Below are positions 1-13,915 of a stretch of DNA of 64,000 bases, in pieces. Source of the DNA: Octopus sinensis (taxonomy: Eukaryota); assembly GCF_006345805.1 (NCBI RefSeq), contig NC_043005.1:27094001-27158000 (forward strand). Direction: 5' to 3'. The notes beneath the pieces are model-generated. The model had not been told where the DNA came from. It ran no database searches and worked only from the letters and a program-made list of their open reading frames with translations. Made by a program: the position numbers and the translations under genes. How positions within the stretch are numbered: position 1 is the stretch's first letter; the number at the start of each line of letters is the position of its first letter.

Positions 1-505
1 ATAATTACATGAACCACAGCAGCTCCACTTTGTTTTCTACCAAACAAAAGAGAATTATTCAGGGATTCAGTCTCAGCAAGCTGAAGATATATAAGGAACC
101 AAATTCCATCAAAGGCTTCCCATGTACAGTAAGGGGACTGTCTTCGGCCTCTGGATTATCTGGAAACAGGTTGAGACATCCAAAAATTGGTGTCTTGTAT
201 CAAGAAAGAACCAGACATCAGACTATATCGTGTATTAGTGATAACATTGAACAAGTCTGTGATATGATTATGTTGAATAAATGAGTGTCTTTTGAAGAAA
301 TGGTAAAAGATATCTAAATTAGTTGTCATGGTTTTGCCTTTGAGATCATTCTCAACAGAAGACATTTGTGTAAAATGATTTGTGTTCGAAAATGTAAGGA
401 CACAGATCGTGTCCTATAGCCAGCTGGAGACAATGTCTCCTGGGGCTAAATTACAGCAACATTTGTCCTAAACCAGGACTACCATTTTATGTTGGTAAAC
501 AATAT
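1..505 (+). mobile_element. probable Penelope-like element 3' remnant
   Basis: 380-500 is homologous to the 16920-17050 repeat. The upstream ORF end (KIGVLYQERTRH...ISDNIEQ...MLNK) loosely resembles a GIY-YIG C-terminus. Confidence 0.4.
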
Positions 506-536
506 TTATTAAAAATAATTTTTGTTGTCCAAAGTA

Positions 537-595
<59 letters not shown>

Positions 596-790
596 CAAAT
601 CTTTTACTAAACCCTCCCACTTCACATTATTTTAGACTAGCTTAACACTAAAACAAAAGCCTTTCTTGCCTAATGAATAAAATATCTATTTCTGAATTGA
701 ATAGATTGTCTGGTGGCTTTGCAGTATTGAACCTTCCAGTTCTAGTAATAAATTTTTAAACATATTTGAAGTTCACTTGTTTCTTTTTAG

Positions 791-840
791 TGAACTAATA
801 AACCATAATAACTATTATACCCACACATACATTTGTGAAG
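791..840 (+). CDS. candidate upstream 50-nt exon of the PY-motif gene
   Basis: Acceptor cttgtttctttttAG and strong donor AAG|GTGAGT. The stop-free frame ELINHNNYYTHTYICE ends in phase 1 and joins to give ...YICE-V-CGAIILVGVVIL. Confidence 0.4.
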
Positions 841-1050
841 GTGAGTGTATGTATATATAGATATTTATTTGTCTGGATGTATGTGTTTGTCTGTACATAC
901 ATATGTGTGTATGTATGTATGTTGGTTTGGTAATAAAAGTTGGAAAATAGGACTCCAAGCATGAATGTATGTATTTTATATTCTATCAGTAAAAGTTACA
1001 AAGTGACTCAAAGACTTAAGTTTCATGTCAGTGCATGAAATTCTTGCCCC

Positions 1051-1276
1051 TACCCTTTCATTACTGTATTTATTTTGAGATGCTCTGTGTTTCATTCAAT
1101 TACTTTTAAATATAACAAAGAATTTAGTAAAATAACTTAGTTATCATTCAGCTGGTGTTAGGAACATAAATTGTGACTTAGATTTGTTGGAAGAATTAAA
1201 TTCAAAACTTATGAAAACAAGATATTTGTACTCAGAGCCAGAGCCGGTTTCAGCAAGGTTGGTAATGAAAAGGTTG
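1051..1276. mobile_element. piggyBac-like MITE, single about 230-bp copy
   Basis: Homologous to the 4985/14666 family, with ccctttcattactg...ggtaatgaaaagg ends. Further copies lie at about 27762-27977, 40075-40297 and 58605-58730 (partial), with a diverged subfamily at about 7265-7490 and 31015-31232. Confidence 0.75.
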
Positions 1277-1360
1277 AGTTAATTTCTAATTCCTGCTAAT
1301 TAAATGTGGGTATGTGTTTATAATATATATATATATATATATATAATGTATATATGTGTG

Positions 1361-1400
<40 letters not shown>

Positions 1401-1559
1401 TATATATATATATACACACACATACATGCATACTATATATACATACTTGCATACATACATATATATATATATTATATATATATATATATATATGCACACA
1501 CATATATATACACACATACATACATATATATATATACATACATTTAATGCTTCTGTATT

Positions 1560-1875
1560 TCATGTTTCTGTATTCCATTATTGTTTTTTGTTTTTTTTTT
1601 TTATATCTGTCCCTTTTGCTGTCCTGGTGTTCGTATGCATTTGATCCTTCTTCCAGGAAATCTACGCTTCCAGCTTAGTTTTTCTAATGCTCGTTGCTTA
1701 GTTTTTCTTGGAGGGCTGGCCGTGATCTAGTAATCTCAAGATTAATCAGCCGAAATTACTACGATGATCCGGTTCTTGACTGAAGACTGAGGGGTTCGAA
1801 TGTCCTGTCCATGTTTATTGTATCGTCTTCTAAGAGTTATACGTTCTTGTCCATGTTGTATTTTTCTACATACCT
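1560..1875. repeat. interspersed non-autonomous repeat, possibly Penelope-derived
   Basis: A CpG-containing island between microsatellites with a decayed ctgaaga...gttcgaa..gtc motif. A similar kind of island lies at 53790-54110. Confidence 0.3.
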
Positions 1876-1876
1876 T

Positions 1877-1914
<38 letters not shown>

Positions 1915-4900
1915 TACATACACACACACAGAAAGAGAGGAGGAGAGGGGACACTAGATAAGCAACACTAACAAACAGCACAATATGCGGTGCTTTAATT
2001 AAATTGTACTTTTGCAAACCAATTCTCCCTCTGCTTATCTTCCACTCTGTGAAACATTATCTAAACAGGTGCAGGGAAGATTCGGAGAGTGAGGGAAAAA
2101 GAGGTTGAATCTCAATGGAGCTGATAAGAAAATTTAAGACAAGGAACAATCCAGAAGATACTGGAGAGGTCAGTTACTGGTACCATGCCATTACACACAC
2201 ACACACACACACACACACGTCCCATCCAACCCTACCCTGTTCTACCTCCCTTCCCACCCCACTACCTACCCACCAGTGATTAAGGTCTTTGTTCAAACGC
2301 TACCTATTTTTGGAGAGTTCTTGTCAGCAGATGGGCGTGATGTTTATTTTGGGATGAGGTAATTGTATGATAGAAGAAAAGGGTCAGCATCATGTTTGAT
2401 AAGGTGTGGATGGGAGGGATATGTTGTCTAGTATGTCAAGAAGACCAGCGACTGTTTTAGTAGTGGTGGACAGGATAGAGAGAGGGCACGCAGCTTAATA
2501 AGTACTGGGGTCAGTTCCTTTGACTTAAAAGTCTTCAAGTCAGTGCCCCAGCATGGCCACAGTCTGATGACTGAAACAAGTAAAGGATAGATGTGTGTGT
2601 GTGTGTTGCTTTGACATCACATGATAGTTGTAAACGAATAACATTGTCATGCAAGAGGTGTCCTTCATTTCCAATCTTTGGAAATGTATCTGGTCATGGT
2701 GAAATCATACCTGAGTTGGAAATAGGTGAGTGTTGGTGACAGGAAGTGTCTAATCATAGAAAGTCCACATCAACAGATTTCATCCAATTCATCCAAGCAT
2801 AGAAAAGTGATCATTATACAATGATGATGATGATGTTTAGCCACAGGTCAGCCCTGGTCAACAAGCATGTTGTGTCCTTTCTCTGTCTTCTCTGTTGCTG
2901 CTATAATGGCTTCTGCTCCTCAGATTAAAGTTCTTTTCTGATTTGTCCATCATGTCTTTTTTCTTCTTGCATACTCTGTTCTTTTTCTGTCTTTTCTCTC
3001 ACCTCTGTAATGGCCTCTGTTCCTTGGAACTGGTTGATCTTGCACCTTCACCACTCAGGTGCTCATTTGGTCCCACAGTAACCATTATACTTAGTCCTTT
3101 CTCCCTACAATATTAGCCCTCTGGAATCTTCTCCTTGTTAATAACTTTCCTGCAGGTAACAGCATCAAGCTCACCTGACACGATAGAATTTGTAAAGGCC
3201 ATGGGCGCTGCCTCCTCCTTCAGACTCAACCATTAAAAGAACAATGGGAACTCAGACTATATTATGCAGCCTGTCTCTTTTTAAAGATGATAGTAGAGTG
3301 GGATTTGAAGGGGATTTAGCTGCTGCTTCTAGTACATTAAGTAACCAAATAGAGCTTTCCATTTGTGTGATCGTTGTTCTTTTGACCCATAGGCAGGGAG
3401 GAAGGGAACTGAATGAGGTTGCTTGGCATGCTAAGCAAAGCAACTAAATCTCCATCAAATCACAGCCTTCCAGCTTCAAAAAACGGAACTTACCAAACAC
3501 TGTACTTGGAGAATTTGTGACAGATTCCAGGGATTCTCCTGCAAACATGCACACAATAACATACACATTGGAATACACCTGCATTTACATGCATAAACAA
3601 TATGCATGTTTGCATATTAAAGCGACATGCACAGCCACTATGCATGTACAGGGTTAGGTGCATACACATGTATGCACACTTTAAAGAATTCAGACAACCA
3701 CGAATCCCAAAAATTGTCTTCACTTAAACAAAAGAACTTTACATTTTTTCACAAGTGGCAAGCTTAATTCTACCGAGATGAAAACTTACATAAACCCCAA
3801 AGAAAACCTCTCTCTCTCTCCCTACCTCTCTCTCTCCCTCCCACTCTCTCTCCCCCTCTCCCCACTCTCTCACACACTGTCGAACATTTGTCTGGAGTGT
3901 AGTCTTAGAAGATTAAAGACTTAGTATTCCAGAAAGAATTTAAATGGCATGAATTAATTTCTAATTAACTGCTAATTAACTGCATTTCTGTCTCAAATTA
4001 GTTTTTATAATGTTTATACCAATCTAAATTGTCATTGTCCATTCAAACTAATCATGTGATCTTGCTGACTTGGACATCCACCTAAATGATATCTTCACAG
4101 CTAAACCGTCTGTGTTCTGTGTTTTTATACACAAAACAGATTATTTCATTTAGCATTTGGGGCAATATGTGATGAACGTCAGTCAAACAGCAATGCTTTA
4201 TGTACAGAAAAGACTTTTCTTTATCATCATCATCTTCATGATCCTCATCATAATCATCGTCCTCATCATCATCATCATCATGGTCAATACCAGTGCTGCT
4301 TGAAGTGTGGTTGATGCCAGAGCTGCCTGACTGGCTTCTCTACTGGTGGCACATAAAAAGCACCATTCAAGTGTGGTTGATGCCAGTGCTGCCTGACTGG
4401 CCCCAATGCTGGTGGCATGTAAAAAGCACCCACTACACCCTGAGTGGTTGGCATTAGGAAGAGCATCCAGCTGTTGAAACTTCGCCAGATCAGATCAGAG
4501 CTTGGTGCAGCCTCCTGGCTTGCCAGCCCTCAGTCAAACCATCCAACCCATGCCAGCATGGAAAGCAGATGTTAAACAATGATGATGATGATCATCATCA
4601 TTGTTATTTTAGCATCCACTTTTCCATGCTTGCATGAGTCAGATGGAATTTGTTAAGGCAGATTTTCTATGACCAGATACCCATCTTGTTGCCAACCCTC
4701 ACCAGTTTCCTAGCAAGGTAATATTTTCCCATGACCAGGTATGTTTTTAACAGAAGATTGGAAATAAATACACTGCTTGAATGACAATGATGTTTGTCTA
4801 AAACTCATGCACTGTCAGGACATGGATACAACGTTTTGGTTCACCGAGGACTATAGCAGAAGATACTTGTCCAAGGTGCCACGCAGAGTGACTGAACCCA

Positions 4901-4984
4901 GAATCTGGTAGTTGGAAAACAAACTACTTCCCACTCAGCCACTCCTGTACCTATATGCATAAAACTGGAAGAGGAATCTGTCTG

Positions 4985-5468
4985 TTAACCCCTTTATTAC
5001 CATATTTATATTGAGATGCTTTGTGTTTCTTTCAATTATTTTAAATATAGCAAAGAATTTAGTAAAATAACTTAGTTATCATTCAGCTAGTATCAGGAAC
5101 ATAAATTGTGACTAAGGCTTGGTGGAAGATTTTAATTCAAAACTTATGAAAACAAGGCCTTAGTACACAGAGCCAGAACCAGTTTCAGCTGGGTTGGTAA
5201 TGAAAGGGTTAAGCTAGTGTTAGGAATATAAATTGTAACTAAGGTTTGGTGAAAGATTTTAATTCAAAACCTATGAAAACAAGACATTTGTACTCAGCGC
5301 CAGAGCTGGTTTTAGCCAGGATGGTAATGAAAAGGTTAAGCTAGTGTTAGGAACACAAGTTGTGACTAAGGTTTGGTGGAAGATTTTAATTCATAACTTA
5401 TGAGAATAATACATTTTTACTCAGAGAGCCAGAGCTGGTTTCAGCCTGGTTGGTAACGGAAGGGTTAA
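4985..5468. mobile_element. piggyBac-like MITE with a triplicated 127-bp half
   Basis: TTAA-CCC(C)TTT...AAAGGG-TTAA ends. Three units end at 5212, 5339 and 5468. Confidence 0.8.
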
Positions 5469-5999
5469 TCCAAGAATTTATGAATTTTATGTTTGTGTGT
5501 ATTTTAGCTAAATCTGACAATACTGCTATATCAATACATCTAAATCCCTTGGTCAGTTCTGAGACTGAAAAACATGAAACAAAAACAATCATAATATAAT
5601 TTTACTTTGAAATTGTGAGACTTCTTTTGGAAATCTTAATCTCCTTGGATTATAACCGAATTTCTGAACTATGATGTATTTACGCTTTTTTTAAGGCACT
5701 TGAGTTATTTTTGTATCCCTTTCTTCTACTGATTGTAGTTCCTGTTTAGTATCAGATCTTTCAAAGATCTTCTGTGCACACATACACACTTAAATATGTA
5801 TATATTTCTATATATAGTATAAATGGATGTTTATATCTTAACCACACGCAACATATATGTATACATGTGTATTTACCGCACCTTTCATCAAAGCTTGTGC
5901 ATGTGTGTGTGTACTCGCATGTGCATGCGTGTGCCTATTATTTATATATATATATATATACACATACATGTTTGTGTGTGTGTGTGTGTGCATGTATAT

Positions 6000-6030
<31 letters not shown>

Positions 6031-8115
6031 AAGGGGTGAGGAGGAAAGTAGTGGGTCGAAGAACTTCCTGCCTTAAGACTGCTCTTTGTCTTTTAATTTA
6101 GAAACAACAAACAGCAGGTGGCATTGTTCCTGACCCTTCTTTAATCTCCCTTAATATCTCTCCTACAAAGAAGGAACACTGCTGTCTGCCCTCCTTTTAC
6201 AATAGCCTCCTTACTTGGTCAGCTTTTTAAACAATGTCGGCATTATTATTTCTTGTTGTTTTAACTAAAATCTTAAGTGATTATGTGGTAATTTGGTGTA
6301 GGCCAGCTGCATTGAGGCCAGCCAGCCTTTGTTGATTCTTCTGTCTTCACCACACCAACACCACTGGCACTACTGCAGCACCAACACTACCACATGTAAC
6401 ACCACTACCATCGCTACTACCATCACCATACAACAACCACATTACCACTATCACTAAATCGCTACTATTCCACCACCGTTGCCGCCACCTTGCATTACAC
6501 TCCACCACCACCACCACCACCCCACACACACCATCTCTCACTACACACCACTATCACCAGCACCATCACACAGAGCCAACAAAAGAGTCTCTTTGCAGTT
6601 ACTTGACCTGTTAAAAATAGCAACCCGATCTCCCTTCAAATCACACCTTACCATCTTAAAAACAGGAAGGGTATGTCTGATGATGTAAATCCTGGATACC
6701 CTTATAAAGACTGGAATGCTTTTGATCAGAGATATACTCAGCCAGGAGGTGAACAACAACAACATACACCCCACACCACTATCACCAATGGTTATATTCC
6801 CTATCAAAACACCATTTCTGTTATCATTTAGTAATAATATAGATGAGCTCTGACTGGCTCCCATGCCAGTGGCACGTAAAAAGCACTATCCAAATGCAAT
6901 CGATGCCAGGCCCACCTGACTGGCGCCTGTGCCGGGAGCATGTAAAAAGCACCTACTACACTCTCAGAGTGGTTGGCGTTAGGAAGGACATCCAGCTGTA
7001 GAAACATTAGCAGATCAGATTGGAGCCTGGTGCAGCCCACTGGCTTTCCAGACCTCAGTCAAATCGTTCAACCCATGCCAGCAAGGAAAACGGACGTTAA
7101 ACAATGATGATGATGATGATGATTAGGGGAAAATACCTCATGGGAATATTCTTATATACTAAATACTCAAACTGTAGGGTCCCTCGTTTTTAATATTAGG
7201 AGTTAAAGGGAAAACTTTGATCAGTCAAAATTAGTCAAGCAATAAATATCCCTTCAAGAGACTGTTTAACCCTTTTAATACCAAACCTGCTGAGGTTGCC
7301 CCAAATCTATAATACAAACTTCCTGTTTAAAAACAATCTAAAATAGTCTCCCATCAAGATTTCTTGTTAATTTATGTTCTAAACACCAGCCTAATTAATG
7401 ACCAAATTACTAAATTACTTAATGCTTTATTTTCAAAATCAATTGAAACAAAGGTAGGTATTTCAACAGAAATTTGATAATAAAAGAGTGAAAATCTAAA
7501 ATACAAAGAAAACTAGAGAGATAACTCTATTAAACTCAGTCAATTGAAATTTGGGGGCAATATAGACATAAGTTGTTAGAAAGAGACTTGATATTTTATA
7601 GCCTTTAGTCTTGTCATTCTACGTTGTGAGTTCAAATCCTGCTAAGGTCGACGTTTTTGTATCTCCTTGGATCAATAACAAATTTAACAGTCATATAATG
7701 AGGGCTAAATTCATTCACCTCATCAGCAATTATTAATCAATTTTTGTTTCATTATTATGATGTTTCCCTAGGTCAACTTTAAGCTGGACCCCAACTCACT
7801 GCTGATATGCTACATATGATAAAATTCAAATGTAGCAGGTAACTAAGTTCTATAAAACAGCAATTAACCAGGTATCATATCTGTAGAGCTAGCAAATATT
7901 TTACCACTTCAGAGCAGCAGAAAATATTGTAGTTCTCATAAGATTAATAAAGAGATGGTGTGGCTTAATATTGAAAATACAAACTTGTGGCGATATTCCT
8001 TGTCTTATTATCTTTGACTCATTTGCCGCGCTATTGCTGACAGCTCCACAAGACAATGACTTTGAAACATCTACCTTGACGTTAACTCAAACTCATATGT
8101 ATATCACATATACAC

Positions 8116-8171
<56 letters not shown>

Positions 8172-8387
8172 TATATATATATATATATATATGTGTGTGT
8201 TTGTGTGTGTATAAACATCGAAACAGTTAAATTATACAAAAAAGGGACAACAAAACATCCAGATAGATGATACAAAGAAAACAATGACGGGTCATTTGAA
8301 GTTTTCTTTCCACAGTCAAGTACACCAGATTATCTTTGCAATATATATATATATATATATATATATACTTATATATATGTATACACA

Positions 8388-9130
8388 CATGGTGCCGAAG
8401 GAAGCTCAGCAGTTGGGCAGCCACGTGAATCAGTGTGTGAGAGAAGAGATATTAGGCTGGCTACTGAGTTGAAGGTATACCAAACAGTTGTACAACCTAC
8501 TCTGCTGTATGCCTGTGAGACATGGACAGTTTAGGAATGCCACACCAAAAAGCTGAACCACTTCCACATGAATGGCCTGAGAAGGCTACTGAAAATCACT
8601 TGGTAAGATAAGGTCCCAGACAAAGAGGTCCTCCCTGTAGCTGATCTGCAAAGCATCTCCACACTATGGAGGAGAGCCCAAGTCAGGTGGACAGGCCACC
8701 TTGTCCAAATGCCCAAGACACACCTTTCCAAGAGACTCTACTCTTCTATGGTGAACTGCCAGAAGGTAAGCGCATGCAAGGTGCACAGGAAAGGCACTTC
8801 AAGGACACAATCAAAGACTCATCAAAAAGCTTTAAGATCAACCCCTAACCCCTGGGAAACACAAAAACAAAACAGCATTGCCTGGTGAAGCTGCACTAGC
8901 AGAGGTGCCACCTCCTATGAACAGAACGAGATCACAAGGGTACAAAGAAAATATGCACTACACCGGTTCAGGGCTGATATCTTGCTTTCAGTCCCTGCAG
9001 ACCACCAGTGCCTGACCTGTGTCAGAGCCATCCATGCATGAATCACAGCGATTGAACATAGACAGATACAACATGCTTCGTCTTCATCTCCCATGTGTGT
9101 CCTTGGCCATCATCAACAATGACAAACAAC
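8388..9130 (+). mobile_element. RTE-clade LINE, 3' fragment
   Basis: Reads LLYACETWTV, KLNHFHM..LRRLLKITW.DKVPDKEVL, RWTGHLVQMP...LFYGELPEGKR..G.QERHFKDTIK, followed by an RTE-like 3' tail into a microsatellite. Confidence 0.9.
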
Positions 9131-9161
9131 ATGATACTATACATATATATATATATATATG

Positions 9162-9208
<47 letters not shown>

Positions 9209-9715
9209 TTTTATATATATACATATGTACACATAAGTAACACTATATGTGCAAGCAACCTGCTCACTTGTGAAACTATGAATATTTTCCAGCTGTGCCT
9301 TTTTTTCTACCAATTGAACTCTGTGACAGAAGTGGCAATCAGCTGCCAACATTTCTCCAGCTGCTGGTACCTGGAAGACACTTAACCAGTTGAAATAGCA
9401 CAGCATATCTGTTTGATCAAGGTCACAGTTTTCATTCAGAGCTAAGAGATATTTATAGGTGTGTGTGCGCGTGTGTGTGTGTATGTGCTAGTATGGGAGG
9501 TGGCCATCTGAAGATGATTGAAGATCATGATGATATATATATACACACACACACAACACAAGCATGGCTGTGTTTGCTTCCCAACCACATGTTTCGCCAC
9601 TTCGTGCAAGTGTCTTCTGCTTTACCGCTGGGCCAAGCAAAGCCTTGCAAATGGATCTGATTGAAAGAAACTGAAACAAGTTCACTGTCTGCTGCATACA
9701 CACATCCAAACACAC

Positions 9716-9762
<47 letters not shown>

Positions 9763-9779
9763 TATATATATAATATATA

Positions 9780-10640
9780 TCATATATATGTTTCTTTTAT
9801 TTGCTACTGTGGCCATGCTGGACCACCACATTTAGTCAAACAAATCAACCCCAGGACTTATTCTTTGTAAGCCTAGCACTTATTCTATCGGTCTCTTATG
9901 CCGAACCGCTAAGTTACAGGGACATGAACACACCAACATCGGTTGTCAAGCGATGGTGGGGAGGACAAACACAGACACACACACACACACACATATATAT
10001 ACAACAGGTTTCTTTCAGTTTCCATCTGCCAAATCCACTCACAAGGCTTTGGTCAGCCTGAGGTTATAGTAGAGGACACTTGCCCAAGGTGCCACGCAGA
10101 GGGACTGAACCCGGAACTATGTGGCTGGTAAGCAGTTACTCTAAATTATAGTATATATATATATTATATATATATATATATACACATATATATATATATA
10201 TATACATATATATATGTTTCTTTTATTTGCTACTGTGGCCATGCTGGACCACCACATTTAGTCAAACAAATCACCCCAGGAACTTATTCTTTGTAAGCCT
10301 AGCACTTATTCTATCGGTCTCTTATGCCGAACCGCTAAGTTACAGGGGACCTGAAAACACACCAACATCGGTTGTCAAGCGATGGTGGGGAGGACAAACA
10401 CAGACACACACACACACACACATATATATACAACAGGTTTCTTTCAGTTTCCATCTGCCAAATCACTCCCACAAAGGCTTTGGTCAGCCTGAGGTATAGT
10501 AGAGGACACTTGCCCAAGGTGCCACGCAGAGGGACTGAACCCGGAACTATGTGGCTGGTAAGCAAGTTACTTACTCTAATAATAATATATAATATATTAT
10601 ATATATATATATATATACATTATATTATATATATATATAA
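9780..10640. repeat. about 415-bp tandem duplication of a SINE A copy bounded by (TA)n
   Basis: Two near-identical copies that differ mainly by 1-nt indels. Confidence 0.85.
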
Positions 10641-10743
10641 TATATATAAAATATATATACATTAAAGTTGAATTTAACATATGCTAGCGTCTTATAAAAC
10701 TAAATTTATATATCCTAAATTTGCAGAAGAATTGTGTCATTGG

Positions 10744-10815
10744 GTCAGTTTAACTTAATGGTAAAGCATTGGACACATAATCACAGGGATGTGAGTTCAA
10801 GTCTCATGGCCGGCC
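10744..10815 (+). pseudogene. decayed tRNA-like sequence with a CAU anticodon (tRNA-Met-like pseudogene or SINE head)
   Basis: Cloverleaf spacing is preserved: T arm gtgag-ttcaagt-ctcat, D arm actt/aagc, and loop cacataa. Acceptor and anticodon stems are mismatched. TTTTT lies about 10 nt downstream. Confidence 0.45.
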
Positions 10816-13804
10816 ACCGACAGATTTTTATGCAAAATATGGATTATATATATATGTTGTGTGTGTGTGTATATATATATATAATAGATGCAGTGGCACA
10901 TAAAAAGCACCCACTACACATCACGGAGTGTTGGCGTTAGGCAGGGCATCCAGCTAGAAACATTGCCAGATTAGATGGAGCCTGGTGCAGCCTTCTCTGG
11001 CTTCCCATAACCCCCGGTGACCGTCCAACCCATGCTAGCATGGATAACTGGACTGTAAACGACGATGATGATGGATGATATACACACATACATACACACA
11101 TACACACAGATATATATATATATATACATATATGTGTGTGTGTTTAAGTGAAGGAATTCATATTTCTTTTGTTTTCACCTGTGTTTGCAGATTGGAAACA
11201 AACTGCTCATTTGCACATTGTTGTTTGTTTCCTTTTTTCCACATAACCATGTTTGGATAGAATGGGGGAGATTACTACCTTATTTGGAAATAGAAGGATT
11301 TTAAGTGATAGGAAGGGTATCCTGCCATGGAAAGCCCTGCCCCTACACACTCTCACCTGATCCGTGGAAATGTGGAAAAGCAGGCATTAAAATGATGATG
11401 ATGATGACGACGATGAGGATAAAAGTGATAATGGTTGCGGTGGTAATGATGCCTCTGTCTACCAAACTCTTTCAGAAGATATATGTGTGTGTGTGTGAGT
11501 GCTTATTTCTATGTAAGTGCACCTGTTTGTGTCTGTGTGTCTGCAGATGTGTGAATTTGTGAATTTGTGTTCTTCTGGGAGATAATAATCATAATCTATA
11601 AATAATTCCTGTGAAAATGTGTTGAAATGTTGAAATCTTCTTCAAAGAACTGTTTACCATCATGATGGTGCTTCCTCTACATCTGTTTTCCTGTGTGATA
11701 TTAAAGTTCAAAATATAAAGCTGCTCAGAACTGACACTTTGTGTGTGTGTGTGTGAGAGATTGTGGTGTGTGTGAGAGAGATTTTGTGTGTGTGTGAGAG
11801 AGATTGTGTGTGTGTGTGTGTGTGTGTGCGTGTTTCAAAATTGAAGCACTGACATGTTAGTAATTTTTTCTCACTCAAAATATAAATCCTCTTTGTATTT
11901 TTATAAAGTTTTGTCACATGTTAATAATTGCATTTAACAGAACTGTATGCTTTGTGTTGGTGTGTGCGTGTGTGTGCATTTGTGTGTGTGTATGCAAGCA
12001 ATGTGTATGTCTGTGGGTGGGGTTCAACGTCTAACAGTTGTGTGTGCAGTATGTATTACTTCAGAATGATTCGTTGTTGTTTTACCTCGTTTAATAAAGA
12101 GACATGGCTGTGGGCTTAAGTGGTACAACTGCATGATCCCACATTCGATCTTACTGCATGCACAGAACCTTGCACAAGTGTTTTCTCTCACAGCAGCCAT
12201 TCAACAGAACTGGGACACTTTTGGGGATAAAACACCAACTTGGTCAAGGCTGACTTGGAACCAAATTACCCAACATCAACGTTTGTTGTCATTTCACAAC
12301 TGTTTTTCCTTCTGGCATGGATTGGACGACTTAACAGTATCTGAGAGGCTGCAGGACTACATCTGGCATCAGTGTCTCAGTTTTGGCATGGTATCTATAA
12401 CTAGATGCCCTTCCTAATGCCAACCGCCTTCCAAGGTGTACTGGGTGTTTTTTGTTACTTTCTAACCTCACAAGACTAAGGAGCCTCCTTGGCTGAGAGG
12501 GAAATGTCTTTATGCCAAGGGTTGAAAGGTTAAAGTATGACAGACGAGACAGGAAAAGATTTGTTGTTGCAGAGAAGATACATGGTTCCACCCCACCAAC
12601 ACGTATAAGGGTGCGTAGGAGTAATTGGGTTGTAGCTGGAAAGAGAAGTAAAGATGGTGGTAACGAGGCATCAAAACATAGCCACTAGGCACAAAAGGGT
12701 TTAAAGAAGTGATCAAAGGGACAGACCAGGAAGGGTGGGTGAATAAAGATTGCAAGAGTGTGGATGGGCACTGGGAGCTGATTAGATGGAGCTAGGTGTA
12801 GGGGTGAATGCTGAACAAGAGTAGAGGAGAAAATTGGAGGAAGAGGAATAGAAGTGGACGCTTGCCCTAGTGGACAGGGTGACCATAGTTTTTGTTGACT
12901 TTCCACAAGTAGCCATCAAAAATCTGTCCCCTTTTGGAGAATTTTTCTATACTTGAAAATTTAGGGTTTTTTTTTTTATTTCCCTTGGTTACACATTTTT
13001 TATGAAATACCACACTATCATTCAGTACTTTCATCAATTGTTTTGTTAACCCTTGTGGTTAATAAAGAAAACGTTGTTGTTGTTGTTGTTGTTGTTCTTC
13101 TTCTTCTTTTCTTCTTCTTCTTCTTCTTCTTCTTCTTTCACTTGAAAAGGAAGTTGAGGGTGGAGAGGGAAGTGTTGCCTTGTAGCAAGTTTGTTGAAAG
13201 ATGGGTGAATGTTGGGAGAATAGCCAATGTGAAAGGACCAATTCTGAGTATGCACCTGTATAAAAAAAAAAAAAAATAGCTCTTGCCCTGTTGTTTAGGC
13301 ACCCATGGCTTTTGTGGGGTTTTCCACGAGGACCTTCAAGCACCACCCCTATTGGAAGTTTTAATTTAATTTCTAATTGTTATTTATATTATTTACACGT
13401 TGTAAAACCCATTGTCCTCTCAATACATGGCTACGATGCTCCCCCACTACTTCTGCTCGTGATCAGAGATGCACATATCGTCAGCCACTAAGGGACATGC
13501 TTAACCGATTAAAGTCAAACAACAGACAAGCAAATCTGTGGTATTGAGCAGAATATTTGCTGTAGCCCATCTTTTTTATACCAAGAGAAAACAATATACA
13601 TGATAACACTTCCAATCAGTCAAGATCCGAAGCCATGAGAGCCACTGCCTGCTATCGCATCAGGGCATTATTATTATTATTATTATTATTCTCATCATCA
13701 TTGTTGCCGTTGTTATTATTAACTATTGTTGTTATTAATTATTGTTTTGTATGTAAAGAACTTTTGATTAAATGATTGCATTTTTATTTCTGATGTTGTT
13801 GCAG

Positions 13805-13915
13805 TATGTGGTGCCATTATACTGGTTGGTGTTGTGATCCTAGGAAAATTGTTTATATCTCGGGACCTGAGACGGCCTCCACAACCTACACATGCCTGTT
13901 TTCAAACTTGTTCTG
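13805..13915 (+). CDS. internal exon (111 nt, phase 1-1) encoding the transmembrane segment of the PY-motif protein
   Basis: Acceptor ttgcAG and donor GTatga. Encodes CGAIILVGVVILGKLFISRDLRRPPQPTHACFQTCS (hydrophobic stretch, then basic stop-transfer residues) and splices in frame to 17725. Confidence 0.75.

Noticed and set aside
1296-1678. ORFs rich in YI/CV/HT dipeptides, here and at about 5.8, 8, 9, 18.8, 20.6, 33-36, 53-58 kb
   Set aside because: They are translations of (TA)n, (CA)n and (TACA)n microsatellites, not genes.
6340-6560. His/Pro/Thr- or Val/Gly-rich ORFs
   Set aside because: Degenerate (CAC/TAC)n trinucleotide tract.
12420-13560. Purine-rich blocks resembling antisense LINE 3' regions, also at about 2270-2480 and 2900-3450
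   Set aside because: Too decayed to assign by eye, with no diagnostic motif recovered.
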